Source of the DNA: the human T2T-CHM13v2.0 reference genome, Homo sapiens
Direction: 5' to 3' (one strand)
Assembly (NCBI RefSeq): GCF_009914755.1
Contig: NC_060928.1
Length of the DNA stretch: 64,000 nt
Position 1 is the stretch's first letter. Each line of letters opens with the position of its first letter. The position numbers and the translations under genes are program-made. A model generated the notes under the pieces. The model saw only the letters and a list, made by a program, of their open reading frames with translations, did no database searches and was not told the DNA's origin. Below, piece by piece: positions 47,482 through 62,421 of the stretch.

Positions 47482-47829
47482 ACAGTCTGAGCTGACTCAG
47501 AGCAGAAGGAATCCCACAGCACAGCATAGATGCTCTACCAAAATGTGGCCAGAATGCAAACTGCTTTTTTAAGCAGGTTCTGATCCTGTTCCTCCTCACT
47601 GGGCAGGACCTCCCAACCAGGGTCTCCAGCCACTTTGTACAAGTGCCTTTAAACCACAGTCTGAGCTGACTCAAGGCAGAAGGAATCCCACAGCACAGCA
47701 TAGATGCTCTACCAAAATGTGGCCAGAATACAAACTGCTTTTTTAAGCGGGTTCTGATCCTGTTCCTCCTCACTGGGCAGGACCTCCCAACCAGGGTCTC
47801 CAGACACTTGGTATAGGTGCCTTTAAACC
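47482..47829 (+). repeat. 174-bp tandem duplication in the L1 5' UTR
   Basis: Copies start at 47482 and 47656 ('acagtctgagctgactca'), about 8 mismatches by eye. Confidence 0.9.
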
Positions 47830-50800
47830 ACCAACAGGTCCATACCTCCCTGGGACAAAGCTCCCAGAGGGAGGAACAGGCCGCCATCTTTGCTGTTTCA
47901 CAGCTTTCACTGGTGACACCTCCAGGTTCTGGAAAATCCGAGATGACTAGGGCCTAGAGTGGGCCCCAAGCATACTGCAGCAGCCCTACAGAAAAGTGGG
48001 CAGACTATTACATGGGTTCCTGTTCCCACATCTCCTTACTGGGCAGATCCTCCAGGCCTGGGGTTCCAGCCACCCCAACCAGAGCTATCGAGCCAGTGCG
48101 AACTCAGCAACTCCCTGCCCAGAGCCTACAGGGGCAAATAAAAGCCTCTCTGCCACTGTCTCTGCAGTGGAACTGCCCTAGCCACCCTTGAACTAATGAA
48201 GAAGCAAAGACCTTAACTGTCTTATCCATACCTCCAACAAGCTGCAGTTGAACCAAGGAGAGGAGGCCAGTCCATCTCCCACAGGTCCCACACACTCCCC
48301 AAAACTCATCACCAGACAGGAAACTCCTGGCTTGGGCCCACAGAACAAACCTCCATTTTGGGCTGACTTCGCTGAGTGATTGATGACCTGCATCTCTCTG
48401 GGGCGGAGCCCCCAGGAGTCAAAAAAAAATGACCCTTGGCCACAACCACTACTAAGATCTCTTCCTCTACTGCCTCTAAGCTGGGGAAGGAATATAAACT
48501 CTGAGATCATCCCAGAGCTGCAGTGGGCAGCCCAGGAGTGCCAAGTCATGAACTATAGCAGGCACTCAAGGGGGAGAGGAGCCCACACTTTCAGAGCACT
48601 GAGAGGGAACATGGCTGCAACTATGAGGAAACATAAGGGAGCCACACTACTGAACAAAAGTCTACCAACTGACAAATAAGGCTAAGTGTCACCTGCTGGA
48701 TAAACCCCAAAGCTTCAACACAAAAAATACCTCACTAACGTAACCCACTCTAAAGCCAGAGACAGTCAGTCAGCTTCCAATAAAGACTCTATACAAATAC
48801 TCATCCCAGTGAAAATATCCAGAAAATAAGTCTATTGACTGTACTCAATCTACACCACAGTTAAAGGAACACCCACATGCAGAGATGAGAAAGAACCAAT
48901 GCAAGAACTCCAGTAACTAAAGTGGCCAGAGTATCATGTGTCCTCCAAATGACTGCATCAGTCCTCCAACAAGAGTTCTTAATCATGCCGAACTGGCTGG
49001 AATGACAGAAACAGAATTCAGAATATGGACAGGAACAAAGATAATCGAAATGAAAAACACAGGAATTTCACAATACAATCTCCAGTATTAACAGCAGAAT
49101 AAACCAAGCCGATGAAAGAATCTCACAATTCGAAGACTGGTTCTTTGAAGTAAGGCAGTCAGACTAAAATAAAAAAAAAAAGAATAAAAAGGAATGAACA
49201 AAGCCTCTGAAAATTATGGGATTATGTAAAGAGACTGAATATATGAATCATTGGCATCCCTGAAAGAGAGGGGAAGAAAGCAAACAACTTGGAAAATGTA
49301 TTTCAGGATATCTTCCATGAAAACTTCCCTAACCTTGCTAAAGAGGCCAAGAGTCAAATTCAGGAAATACAGAGAACTCCTGCAAGATTCTACGCAAGAT
49401 CATACATGAGACACATAATTGTCAAATTTTCCAAGGTCGAAATGAGAGAAAGAAGGTTAAAGGCATCTAGAGAGAACTCGGGCAGGTCACCTACAAAGGG
49501 ATTCCCATCAGGCTAACAGCAGACCTCTCAGCTGAAACCCTAAAAGCCAGAAGAGATTAGGGGCCTATATTGAATGTTCTGAAAGAAAAAAAATCTTTAA
49601 CCAAGAATTTCATATCTAGCTAAACTAAACTCTCTAAGTGAAGAAGAAATAAGATCCTTTTCAGATAAGCAAATGTTAAGGGACTTCATTACTACCAGAC
49701 CTGCCTTACAAGAGATCTTGAAAGCAGCACTGAATATAGAAAGATCACTACCAGTGAATACAAAAGCACACTTAAACACACAGACCGACGTCACTGTAAA
49801 GCAACCACACAAACAAGCCAACATAACCACCAGCTAACAGCACAATGACAAAACCCAATCCACACATATCAATATGAACCTTGAATGTAAAGGGTGAAAA
49901 TACCCCACTTAAAAGGTAGAGTGGCAAACAGGATAAAAAAGTAAGACCCAATAATATGCTCTCTTCAAGAGACTATCTCACACATAATGACACACTTATA
50001 AGCTCAAAATAAAGGGATGGAGAAAAATCTACCAAAAAAATAAAAAACAGAAAAAAGCAGGGATTGCAATCCTAATTTCAGATAAAACAGATTTCAAACC
50101 AACAACGATTTAAAAAAAAAGACAAGGGCATTATATAATGGTAAAGGGTTCAATTTAATAAGACCTAACTATTCTAAATATATATGAACCCAATACAGGA
50201 GCACCCAGATTCATAAAGCAAGTTCTTAGAGACCTACAAAGAGACATCGACTCCCACACAATAATAGTGGGAAACTTCAACACTCCAATGACAGTATTAT
50301 ACAGATCACTGAAGCAGAAAATTAACAAAGATATTCAGGACCTAAACTCAGCATTGGACCAAATGAATCTGACACACCTTTACAGACGTCTCCACCCCAA
50401 ACCAACAGAATATACATTCTTCTCATTACCACATGGCACATACTCTAAAATCGACCACATAACTGGACATAAAACAATCCTCAATAAATGTATAAGAACT
50501 GAAGTCATTCCAAACACTCTCTCAGACCACAGCAAAATAAAAATAGAAGTCAACACAATAAAAATCACTCAAAATCATACAATTACATAGAAATTAAACA
50601 ACATGCTCCCGATTGACTTTTGGGTAAAAAATAAAAGGCAGAAATCAAGAAGTTCTTTTAAAGTAAAGAGAACAAAGATACAACATACCAGAATCTCTGG
50701 GACACAGCTAAGGCAGTGTTAAGAGGGAAATACAATATCACCAAATGTCCACATCAAAAAGTTAGAAAGATGTTAAATTAACAACCTAACTTCACAATGG

Positions 50801-52090
50801 AAAGAATTAGAGAAGTGAGAACAAAACAACCTCAAAGCTAATAGAACTGAGAAATAATTACAAAAATCAGGGTGAAGTGAAGGAAATCAAGGCATGAAAA
50901 ACTATTCAAAAGAGCAATAAATTCAGGAGTTGGTTTTTTGAAAAAATTAACAAGATAGGCCACTAGCTAGACTAAGAAGAAAGAAGATCCAAATAAACAC
51001 AATTAGAAATGACTAATGAAATGTAACCACTGACCCCACAGAAATGAAAATAACCATATGCTCTATGTACACAAATAGAAAACCTAGAAGAGATGGAAAA
51101 ATTCCTGGACATATACACCCTCCGAAGACTGAGCCAGAAAGAAACTGATTCCCTGAACAGACCAATAATGATCTCTGAAGTTCAATCAGTAATAAATAGC
51201 CTACCAACCAAAAAAAACCCAGGACCTGATGGATTCATAACCAAATTCTACCAGATGTACAAGGAAGAGCTGGTACCATTCCTACTGTGACTATTCCAAA
51301 AAAATTGAGAAGAAGGGACTTATACCTAACTCATTCTATGAGGCCAGCATCATCTTCATACCAAAGCCTGGCAGAGACACAGTAAAAAAGGAAAACTTCA
51401 GGCCAATATCCTTGATGAATGTCGATGCAAAAATCCTCAATGAAATACTTGTAAACTGAATCCAGCAGCACATCAAAAAGCTGCTTCACCATGATCAAGT
51501 AGGCTTCATCCCCGGGATGCAAGATTGGCTCAACATGCAAAAAATCAATAAATGTGATTCATTACATAAGCAGAACTAAAGACAGAAACTACATAATTAA
51601 CTCAACAGATCCAGAAAAGACTTTTGATAAAATTCAACATCTGTTCACGTTGACAACTCTCAATAAACCAGCTATTGAAGGAATATACTTCAAAATAATA
51701 AGAGCTATCTATGACAAAACCACAGTCAACATTATACTGAAGGGGCAAAAGCTGGAAGCATTCCCCTTGAAAACTGGCACAAGACAAGGATGCCCTCTCT
51801 CACCACTTCTATGCAACATACTATTGAAAGTCCTAGTCAGAGCAATGAGGCAAGAGAAAGAAATAAAGCTCATTCGAATAGGAAGGGAAGAAGTCAAACT
51901 ATCTCTGTAGATGACATGATTCTATATCTAGAAAAACATGCAGTCTTGACCCAAAAGCTCCTTCAGCTGATAAACAACTTCAGTGAGGTTGCAGGATACA
52001 AAAGCAATGTACAAAAATCACTAGCATTCCTATACACCAACGACAACCAACCTGAAAGCAAAATCAGAAAGGCAATCCCATTCACAACTG

Positions 52091-52093
52091 ACA

Positions 52094-52130
<37 letters not shown>
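52091..52130 (+). repeat. (CA)n microsatellite within L1 ORF2
   Basis: acacacacatacacacacac... about 20 units. Confidence 0.95.
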
Positions 52131-52132
<2 letters not shown>

Positions 52133-53388
52133 CCTAGGAATACAGCACACCAGGGAGGTGAAGGACCCCTACAATGAGAATTACAAAACACTACTCAAAG
52201 AAATCAGAGAAGACACAAACAAATGGAAAGACATCCCATGCTATGGATCGGAAGGATCAATATCATGAAAATGGCTGTACTGCCCAAAGCAATATACAGT
52301 TTCAATGCTACTCCTATCAAACTACCAGTGACATTAACAGAACAAGAAAAAACTATTTTAAAATTCATATGGAACCAAAAAAGGGCCCGAATATCCAAGA
52401 CGATGCTAAGCAAAAAGAAGAAAGCTGGAGACATCATGCTACCCAACTTCAAACTACACTATAAGGCCACAGTAACCAAAACAGCATGGCAGTAGTACAG
52501 AAACAGGCACATAGACTAATGGAACAGAATAGAGAGCCTAGAAATAAGGCCACACATCTATGACCATCTGATCTCTGACAAAGCTGACAGAAAACAAGAA
52601 ATGGGAAAAAGACTCCCTATTCAATAAATGGTGATGGAATAACTGGCTAGTCATATGCGGAAGATTGAAGATGGACCCCTTCCTTACACCATATACAAAA
52701 ATCTACTCAAGGTGGGTTAAAGACTTTAATGTAAAACCCAAAACTATAAAAACCCTGGAAGACAACCTAGGCAATACCATCCTAAACCTAGGAATGGGTT
52801 TAGATTTCATGAAAGAAACCAAAAGCAATCACAACAAAAGCAAAAATTGACAAATGGGGCCTAATTAAACTTAAGAGCTTCTGCACAGCAAAAGAAACTA
52901 TCAACAGAGTAAACAGACTGTAGGAGATTGGTCAGGGTGGTGGAAAAAATTGTAGAAAGACACAAACCTTCTTGGACGTCCAGGAGGTTTTATAAAAGCT
53001 TTGGAAAAGCATTTGGCTGAAGGCAGCCAAACCCTCTTATCCGGAGCCCGAGAGCGAAGGTTACATAACAAGGGGATATAAAGGAATTGATCTAGATAAG
53101 TTAGTTTATTTAGGCCTTGGAACCTGGCCTTTAATCATCCACGTGCAGGACTGCTCTCTCCAGGGAGGGTGACCATGTTAATTACCCACAAGTGTGTTGA
53201 CTCAAAGCCTTTGTCATTAAATCTGTACTAAATAAATGCCAGCAGCACCAGCTTGTCAGGGCTGCGGCTGCTACAACTCTTTCTGTCAGCGGTCTGGTCC
53301 CTTAGCCTACTCTTTCACTCAATACTTGTGTCTAAGTACATTCTTTCATCCATCATTCAGCCAGGGTCTATGGGTCAGACCCAGCAGG

Positions 53389-53406
53389 TGGTGCTCCACA
53401 TGAGGA
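53389..53406 (+). other. Primer-binding site resembling the tRNA-Met complement
   Basis: TGGTGCTCCACATGAGGA against TGGTGCCCCGTGTGAGGA (14/18), 2 nt after the 5' LTR; a Met PBS is characteristic of HML-5. Confidence 0.7.
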
Positions 53407-53538
53407 ATGCTGCAATGGACTGCGATAGAACCCTCAAAAATGAAGGTGAAAAGACTGCGCAGTCAGTAAGTCAGTAAGTCATTGGTGCCCACTCAGGATT
53501 TCCAAGTTGGAGAGAACTGTTCAGGCTAGGGTTTCATC

Positions 53539-54140
53539 ATAGGACAACAGTTATCAGCTCAACAGCAACAGTATATAAAAGCATTGAAACAGCTGCTTAA
53601 AGGTAGCAGAGCCTTGGTTTCGCAGGCTCAATTAAGAGACCTAATGCAAACTACTGTTTCCCATAACCCATGGTTTCTGAAAGAAGGTGCACTAAACTTG
53701 GAGATCTGGGAACAAGTGGGTAGAAATCTTAAACAACATGATGTACAAGGGCAATGGGTCCCAATAACATCTTTAACGTTATGGGCTTTAGTTAGGGTGG
53801 CTCTGGTCCTACTCTACACAGAAGAGCCTAAAAAGGGAAGGGAGGAAGAACTGTCACCTACCTTACTGCCTCCATCTCCCTCAGCCCCGCTGTCTCCAGG
53901 AAAAAATAACAAAGAGGAAATGGAGGTTTTGCCTGAGGCCCCTCATCCAAAAAATTGGAAAAAAGACAAGGGATATGCTGTCTTACGCAAGCAGCATTAG
54001 ATGGGGAGCTCTTAGCCTGCCTGGTAATGCAAGATCAACAAGGCAATCATTTCTTTTAATGCTTATAAAGAGCTAAAAAAAAAAAAGCATTAAAGAAAAC
54101 GGAGCCACTAGCCCATTTACAAGAGGGTTAACTGAGGCCA
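53539..54140 (+). pseudogene. gag: HML-5 gag relic (matrix region; start codon mutated to ATA, most of CA and NC deleted)
   Basis: ATA GGA CAA CAG TTA TCA GCT... then KQLLKGSRALVSQAQLRDLMQTTVSHNPWFLKEGALNLEIWEQVGRNLK, a betaretroviral matrix-like sequence. Confidence 0.8.
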
Positions 54141-54159
54141 CTCTGCAGACCTCTTTCTA

Positions 54160-56805
54160 ACAATGGCCACTGTTATTTCTCCCCTACCCCTAACGTGGCT
54201 CTCTCAAAATCCTATTTGGGTAGAACAGTAGCCTTTAAAGGGAGAGAAATTATAAAGAGCCCATGAATTAGCCGAGGAGCAATTAAAAGCTGACCATATA
54301 GAACCGTCATACAGTCCTTGTAATTTGCCCATTTTCATCATTCCCCAAAAGTCTGGTAAATGGAGACTTTTGCATGACTTACGTGCTATTGATGCTAATT
54401 TGCAACCTATGGGGCCCCTTCAGCAGGGGCTCCCCTCCCACGTGGCAATTCCTCGAGACTGGCCTATAATCATTATTGACTTAAAAGGCTGCTCTTATAC
54501 TATTCCCCTTGCAGAACGGGACAGAGAAAAATTTGCATTTACAATACCAGCTATCAATAATGAAAGGCCAGCTCACTGATTTCATTGGAAAGTGCTTCCT
54601 CAAGGAATGCTGAACAGTCCTACCATGTGTCAGTATCATGTAAATCAAGCTTGGCTCCCCAGTAGAAAAGAATTTCCTAATTGCAGGATTACTCATTTTA
54701 CAGATGATATTTTACTAGCAGCCCCAACAGAGCTAGTACTTTTCAAGTCACATGCCTCTGTCGTAAAGAATACACAGTTAAGAGGTTTAATCATAGAACC
54801 TGGAAAAGTACAGATGTCTTTCTCCTTGGAAATATCTTGGGTACATACTAATTTCCCAGTCAGTAAGACCTCAAAAGGTTAAATTAAATACTAGCAACTT
54901 ACATACCTTAAATGATGATCAGAAATTACTAGGTAATATTAACTGGATTTGCCCCACCTTGGACATAACTACTGATAAGTTACAGAACTTGTTTTCCATC
55001 TTAAAAGGCAATGCTGCCCTAGACTCTCCTAGGTATTTAACTCCTGCAGCACAAAGGGAAATTGAAGAGATAGAGCAAGCTATTTCTCAGAGACAACTAG
55101 ATTGCATTGATACATGGTATTCAGTTCAATTATTTGTTTTTCCCACTAAACACTCCCCTACAGATGACCCCAGGGCTACGCTTCCTAGAATGGGTTTTTT
55201 GCTCACATACCGGGACTAAAACACTCTTTCCCTATATCCAGTTAGTCAGTAAAGTCATTTATTCAGGATGCAGATGATGCAATCAGTTGCTAGGTTATGA
55301 CCCTGATATCATCAGGATTCCTTTAAGTAAAAAGCAATTCAAGGCAGTATTGCCTTATCTATGGACCTGCAAATAGCACTCTCTGATTACAAAGGCCATA
55401 TAGAGCATGCCCTTCCTGCTGACAAACTCCTTCAGTTCTTATCTTGTACTTCTGTGGTTTTGCCTACTAAAACAGTTCAATCCCCCATATCTAATGCTTT
55501 AACAGTGTTTACTGATGGCTCTGGTAAACATGGAAAAGTCACTTTCTGGTGGAAATCACGTAATTCCCTCACTTGTTCTGGATTTACTAGCGCTCAGAGG
55601 GCTGAGATTGGAGCCTTACTATTGGCCTTGGAAACTTTTTCCATTCAGCTCATCAATATTGTTAGTGAGTCTGCTTACTCTGTTTATTTATTGCAGAACC
55701 TTGAGAGGGCCCTCATTAAGTCCACTCTGGAGCCCACCCTGTATGCACTTTTTCTCCGACTTCAGCATTTGCTAGATCAACATACACATCCTATTTTTAT
55801 CATACATATTTGAGCCCACAGCTCACTGCCTGGCCCACTGGCTTATGACCATGATCAAGCAGACGTACAAGTTAGAACATCACTGTTTGACCAAGCCACC
55901 CAGTCACATCAATTTTTCCACCAAAACTGGAGAAACTTATCTGAACAATTTCAACTTACCCAGAGACTAGCTAAACAAATTAACCGGCAATGCCCAGATT
56001 GCCAGCTCACAGGCACGTTCCCTCCTTATACAGGTGTTAACCCTAGAGGACTAGAACCTAATCAGTTATGGCAAACACCATGTTACACATGTGCCTGAAT
56101 TTGAAAAACTAAGATATGTACATGTATCCATTAATAACAATTCTCAATTAGCGCTCATGCCTTTCCTGGAGAGTCCACCCGATATGTCATTAAACATCGT
56201 CTTTTAACTTTTGCATTTATGGGGTGGCCTACAAAAATTAAAACTAATAATGGTCTGGCTTATGCCAGCTCACAATTTCAACAATTTTGTCACAGTGGAA
56301 TATCCAACATTCCACAGGCATCCCTTATAACCTCCAAGGAGAGGCCATAGTAGAACATACTCACTCTATCCTTAAAAATATGCTCAGAAAACAAAAAAGG
56401 GGGAATATGAGTAAGGACCCTGCAACACTACTAGCACAAGCCTTATTTACCCTTAATTTTGAAAATTTAGATGATAAATTTCAATTAGCTGTAGAAAAGC
56501 ACTTTGCTAAAACCTCTCAAGACATAAAACCTGCAGTTTTATGGAAAGATGTAAACAGTAATGTACGGTGTGGTCCAAATGAATTGTTAACATGTGGGAG
56601 AGGATATGCTTGTGTTCACACCCCCTCAGGTCCTCTTTGGATTCCAGCACGATCCATCAAACCTTACCATAGCATGGCTAGGACCCAACCTGGTACCAGA
56701 AATAAAGAAAATGACCCTATAGGACCTACAGCCCCAGAAAATGTGGCTTCCTCGGACGACATAGGCCCTGGACAGGACGCTGAAGAAGAGAAGTCAGAAG
56801 ACTGA
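54160..56805 (+). pseudogene. pol: HML-5 pol relic (RT, RNase H, integrase) with stops and frameshifts
   Basis: [32 protein letters not shown] (RT motif), FTDGSG (RNase H), [16 protein letters not shown] (integrase), GRGYACV. Confidence 0.9.
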
Positions 56806-58254
56806 GCGAATCTGCTCTGGACACAGACACCATTCACTCCAGATAATTTGTTCCTTCCTATGCTTTATTAACCTTTTTAATTCTTTCACTTTACCTGCAA
56901 CCCTCACCTGCTACTCTCTATTGGGCCCATCTCTTAGATACGCCTTTCTTCAGCCCTATTATTTAAACAAACACCCCCTTCTCAGCTTCTAACAACACGA
57001 CTGCTTGGCTAAGAGGGAATGACATGCCCCAAGTGGGGTTCCTCAATAACGGCACACATTGGACTAAGATGCCAAGTAACACTACATGTCACTCCTTAAT
57101 TGGAAAAGAATGTGGCTAATTATACTCATATTTGTCTTCTATTATTTACTAATTCTAGGATGCAAAGCCGGAATGCGAGCAGTGCCCGCCACACCTGACA
57201 AACCTGCTGCTGCACACATCTGTACTCTTCAATCAACAAAACCTGATGCTAAAAACAGAAAAGGGGGAGATGTAGGAGATCAGTCAGGGTGGTGGGAAAA
57301 ATTGTAGAAAGATGCAAACCTTCTTGGAAGGCGGGGAGGTTTTACAACAGCTTCGGAAATGGATTTGGCTGAAGGTAGCCAAACCCTCTTATCTGGACCT
57401 TGAGAGCAAAGGTTAGATAGCAAAGAGATATAAAGGAATTGATCTAGGTAAGTTAGTTTAACTTGGAACCTGGCCTTTAATCATCCCCATGCATGACTGC
57501 TATCTCCGGGCAGGGTGACTATGTTAATTACGCAAAAGTGTGTTGACTCAAAGCCTTTGTCATTAAATCTGTAACTAAATAAATGCCTGCAGCACCAGCT
57601 TGTCAGGGCTACAGCTGCTGACTCTTTACAGCACCCTGCTCGGGGTCTATAAGCAGCCAGGTCCTCTAGCCCGCTTTTTCACTGGATACCTGCGTCTGAC
57701 TGCATTCTTACATCCGTTGTTCGGCCAGGGTCTGCAGATTGGACCTGGCAACAGACAACCTACAGAATGGAAGAAATATCTTTAAGATTAAAATAGGGTG
57801 TTATAATGTTATTTTTTATGGTTTTATGGGAGAATTGCTATGAATAAAGACTCAAGCAAAAGAAATACAAATTAAAAAGTTAAAAACATTAAACAGATTC
57901 TAAACTCCTGAAGTATAAGATCAGAAGAACTTCCAGACTAGGGGTTCTTGACCAGTTAAATAGAATTTAATGCCTCATTCGGGAGTCCACTCATCCACTC
58001 TGCAAAGAGTTTCTAGTATTGCTGAAACCCTAACAACCAGGGATATCAACATTTATACTCTCTCCAAACTCAGAAAAATAGAAAGTAGCAACTTTTCACA
58101 AAATGATAAGAATATATCATTTGAAATTGTGAGCTCTCCAATTGTACTGTCAGAAACCTAAGATTCTATGAATTACTTAATAAAGTCTGTAAATGTGTAA
58201 TTTGAATTTCATTTCAAAAATTGGAATTGAAAATATTAACATGAAAACTTATTG

Positions 58255-58477
58255 CTGATTGAGTATCCTTAATCCAAAAATCTAAAATCTGAAATGCTCC
58301 AAAATCAAACTTTTTGAGCAACAACATCAGGATCAAAGGAAATACTCATTAGAGCCTTTTGGATTAGATATTCTGAACTGGTAAGTATATACATATAATG
58401 GAAATATTCCAAAATCCTACAAAATATGAAACCTGAAATACTGTCACAAACATTTTGGACACAGGATACTCAACCTG
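58255..58477 (+). mobile_element. Tigger4a/MER46-like MITE
   Basis: Termini 'ctgattgagtatcc' and 'ggatactcaacctg' followed by TA; internal 'aaatctgaaatgctccaaaatc'. Confidence 0.75.
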
Positions 58478-59262
58478 TATATGCCAATTTTAGCATATAA
58501 GAAACCATTAACCTGCTAACCCTCATTTATAGCATTTATAGTTAGTAAATGTTATAAATCTGAACTTATGAAGCAAATTAGTTATAACATTCATTTATAT
58601 TTTATATATTGAGTTTCTAAGAAAGATTTTAAAAGTTGCTCTGTTTTTAAACAAAGTGAAAACCATTTATCTAGATTCTAGAAAATACACAATCAAAGAA
58701 TCTGAAGATAATGAAAATAGAAGGAGAAGAGACTGAACTGTTACTATTTTGTAACTCTTCATACTCTAATGCCAATCAAACCCACTGGATGTTACAGTAT
58801 GTTCAATAGTAAAATCTTCGTAAATAACATTTTGTAGTTAGTGAAAATACATGTTCTATGTAAGCCAGTGTTTTGAAAATTATAATGAACACAAGGTCAG
58901 TGTTGAGATGTAGCAAACTTTTTCTCTAGGCTATGAGGTAAAACAGGTGTATACTTACTCTTTATCTTTGCCACAATTCCTATCTACAGCATGAAGGATT
59001 CAAATGCCTTCAAGAATAGCAATATACACCAGAGAAACACAAAAAACAACAAAATATCCCAATATTCTGGCATTGTTTGGAAAATATCATCAGGTCTCTG
59101 GTATGTAATGTTATCTTATAAAACCTTATGCAAGACCATTCTGGCATCCAGTTTGAGAGTAATTTAACTACTTGAATTCAGAAGAATCCCAGAATTTTTT
59201 TTTTTTAACCACACAACACTTAAATGAAAGGATGCAATACAAATAAGCAGTACCACCCTTTA

Positions 59263-59577
<315 letters not shown>

Positions 59578-59604
59578 CTAATTTTCACAGTCTATTGTGT
59601 AATT

Positions 59605-60139
59605 CAGTGGTCTCCAACCCCCAGGCCATGGACTGGTACTGGTCCATGGCTTGTTAGGAACTGGGCCACACAGCAGGAAGTGAATGGTAAGCAAGTCAGC
59701 AAAGCTTCAGCTGTATTTACAGTTGTTCCCCATTGCTCCGTTATAGTCCGAGCTCCGCCTCCTGTCAGATCAGTGGTGGAATTAGATTCTCATAGGAGTA
59801 CAAACCCTGTTGTGAACTATGTATGTGAGGGATCTAGGTTGCAAGCTCTTTATGAGAATCTAATGCCTGATGATCTGTCATTGTCTCCCATCACCTCTAG
59901 ATAGGATCATCTAGTTGCAGGAAAACAACCTCAGGGCTCTCACTGATTCTAGCTTATGGTAAGTTGTATAATTATTTCATTTTATATTACAATGTAATAA
60001 TAATATAAATAAAGTGCACAATAAATGTAACGTGCTTGATTCATCCTGAAATCATCCCCCCCCCATCTCAAACCCAGTCCATGGAAACACTGTCTTCTAG
60101 GAAACCAGTCCCTGGTGCCAAAACGGCTGGGGACCGCTG
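59605..60139 (+). mobile_element. MER1A hAT-Charlie DNA transposon, complete
   Basis: TIRs cagtggtctccaacc / ggctggggaccgctg, 8-bp TSD gtgtaatt / gtgtaact, 535 bp. Confidence 0.92.
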
Positions 60140-60809
60140 GTGTAACTGATACCTTACTATTGAGGTTTACTTCTTTGTTATTTACACTTATAGGAAAGCA
60201 TTATTGTTTTGATTGACTGCAAGCTCCTGGGTCAAACATGTAGAAAGAGATGAGGCAAAGATTTCCTTATGAGAGTGCTTTAAAAAAAACAGCTCCTTTA
60301 AGTACATTTCACTTTTCTTTAAATATAAACTACTGTTGTTTTGAATTGCATTAATTTTAACTCAGGTAATATGAGAAATTGCACTGTAATTAGGCATACA
60401 TAGTAATTAAAGAAACTGGTTCTAATATATGTGTTGGACTTTTATAATATAATTTATGTTATATATAAATGGTTGAGTGGAAACTTGATTCTCAGAGATG
60501 AATAAAGAGCACCCTAATGCTTTCTTAAATAGTAAACCAAACTAACAATGTGTCTTAACTGTGAAGGAGGTAACTTAAGACTCCAGGCTATCAAACCCAT
60601 CCATTGGTTTGTGTCTATGATATTGCATAAAAATGATTCAGACTAAGGGCTATTTACAATTATTCTCTATGTTTCTTAGTAGAAGAAGGATGAGCCTTTC
60701 CCCATAATAGGCAATGCAATACAACACAACTAAATTCAACATAAATTTATTGAGCACTAGTGATCTCTTGAAATCTTATGTGACATGACTTGAGAATTTA
60801 AACACTTTA

Positions 60810-61140
<331 letters not shown>

Positions 61141-62421
61141 TTAACATATGAGGATTCAAAAAATTTTTAATTTATGTTTCATAAGTTATCAAAATAGAGT
61201 CTAATAATTATCTCGTTTACTCATTTTCTCTTTTTTCTCAGTTACATTGTGGAATTCTACACTTAGAATATCCAATTTAGAATTTGTAGGTAACAAAAAA
61301 TAAACCATATAAATCATTTACCAGATAGATTTATTTAAAAAAATGGTTTTCAATTGGAGTTTCATGTCAGCTCTCACCCCTTGGGTTTCCCCAGTTGTAC
61401 TCTGAATTTTTCAGTGGTAAAGCACTTGTTCTCTTACTTCATTAACTTTTAAATAGAAATGGAAATTGCTAAGCTTTATGGGTTTATAGCTTTTAATAAA
61501 AAATAGGCATTAAGAATCTTAATTTTTTAATATTAAGAATTAAAGCTACTTAAACATCCTGAAATTAAAAGTGCTTCAGAAAGATTAAAGGGTTTTGAAA
61601 TCAGCAAGCCATACAATCAATGCTTCCATCTCCTTTTTCATTAGATTGCAATCTCTACAGGTATTTTTTCCAGCCTTCACATGAAGTCATACATTTATGA
61701 AGATAAAATAAAGAACTTTTTGATTAGCCCAGTTCCACTTTTAGTCATTTTGTGATGAATGCGGCATTTCAAACTGAAGTTTCACCTGAGTGAAAAGAGT
61801 GCCCTGACTAAGAAGAGGATTTGTCCAAAGTATTCTTTATGAAGAACTGAGTGGTTTAAATAAAGATTTGACCTAAGCATTAGTTCCAATCAAATGTATC
61901 ATATGGGAGGAGTTTTTCAAAGGAAAGAGTATTGCTATATGAAATGGTAAGAAGAGAAGGAGAGGAATTGCTGACAAATTTAAATGTTCTAAACTTCTGT
62001 GAATGTGTATGTGTAAAGAACTTTAATGTATACAAGTTCTTCTGCAAATGAATTTTAGGAGATTAGTAAATTAAATTTAGAAAAAATTATACTACTTTGC
62101 TTTATGAAGAAAATAATTACAATATTAAAAACAGAGAATTTAGTTTTTCATACTTTTATAAGCAAATTTACTAGTCATTTAAAATTTCCACTTAGAGGCA
62201 TAAAAGTAAAACTGTACAACTTTTGTCTTATTTAGTATTATAGATATTGTGTGTCTATATCACATTTTCCTTATGTGAATGGGGGTTTCAAATTCATGAG
62301 ACTTTGTTTACAGGTAATGGACAAGATTTAGGATAATTATAAAACAACACTGGAAATGTCCATCAATTTATCATTTCTGCCCAAAAGCCTTTACATACAC
62401 TGCATGTTAAACTTAGATGTC

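Larger units (their letters stand above)
52919..57750 (+). mobile_element. HERV-K(HML-5)/HERVK22 provirus with LTR22-type LTRs, internally deleted
   Basis: LTRs 52919-53386 and 57271-57750 (TGTAGGAGAT...CA), 6-bp TSD ACAGAC at 52913-52918 and 57751-57756, PBS, polypurine tract, betaretroviral gag and pol relics. Confidence 0.9.
46784..57780 (+). mobile_element. L1PA10-13-like LINE-1 with long 5' UTR, interrupted by the HML-5 provirus, 3' end missing
   Basis: 5' UTR 'agaagcagctagtgtg...', ORF1 (49289-49516) and ORF2 (50267-52850) fragments; resumes for about 25 bp after the provirus ('aacctacagaatggaagaaatat') then stops. Confidence 0.9.

Noticed and set aside
52913-52925. The HML-5 insertion and the tandem-L1 junction at 24753 both fall at the L1 motif 'acagacaacctacagaatgg'
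   Set aside because: Only two events by different mechanisms; cannot be distinguished from coincidence
54325-56805. RT, RNase H and integrase ORFs as an active retroelement or novel RT system
   Set aside because: Multiple stops and frameshifts and a degraded RT motif (FTDD) mark this as a decayed HML-5 pol
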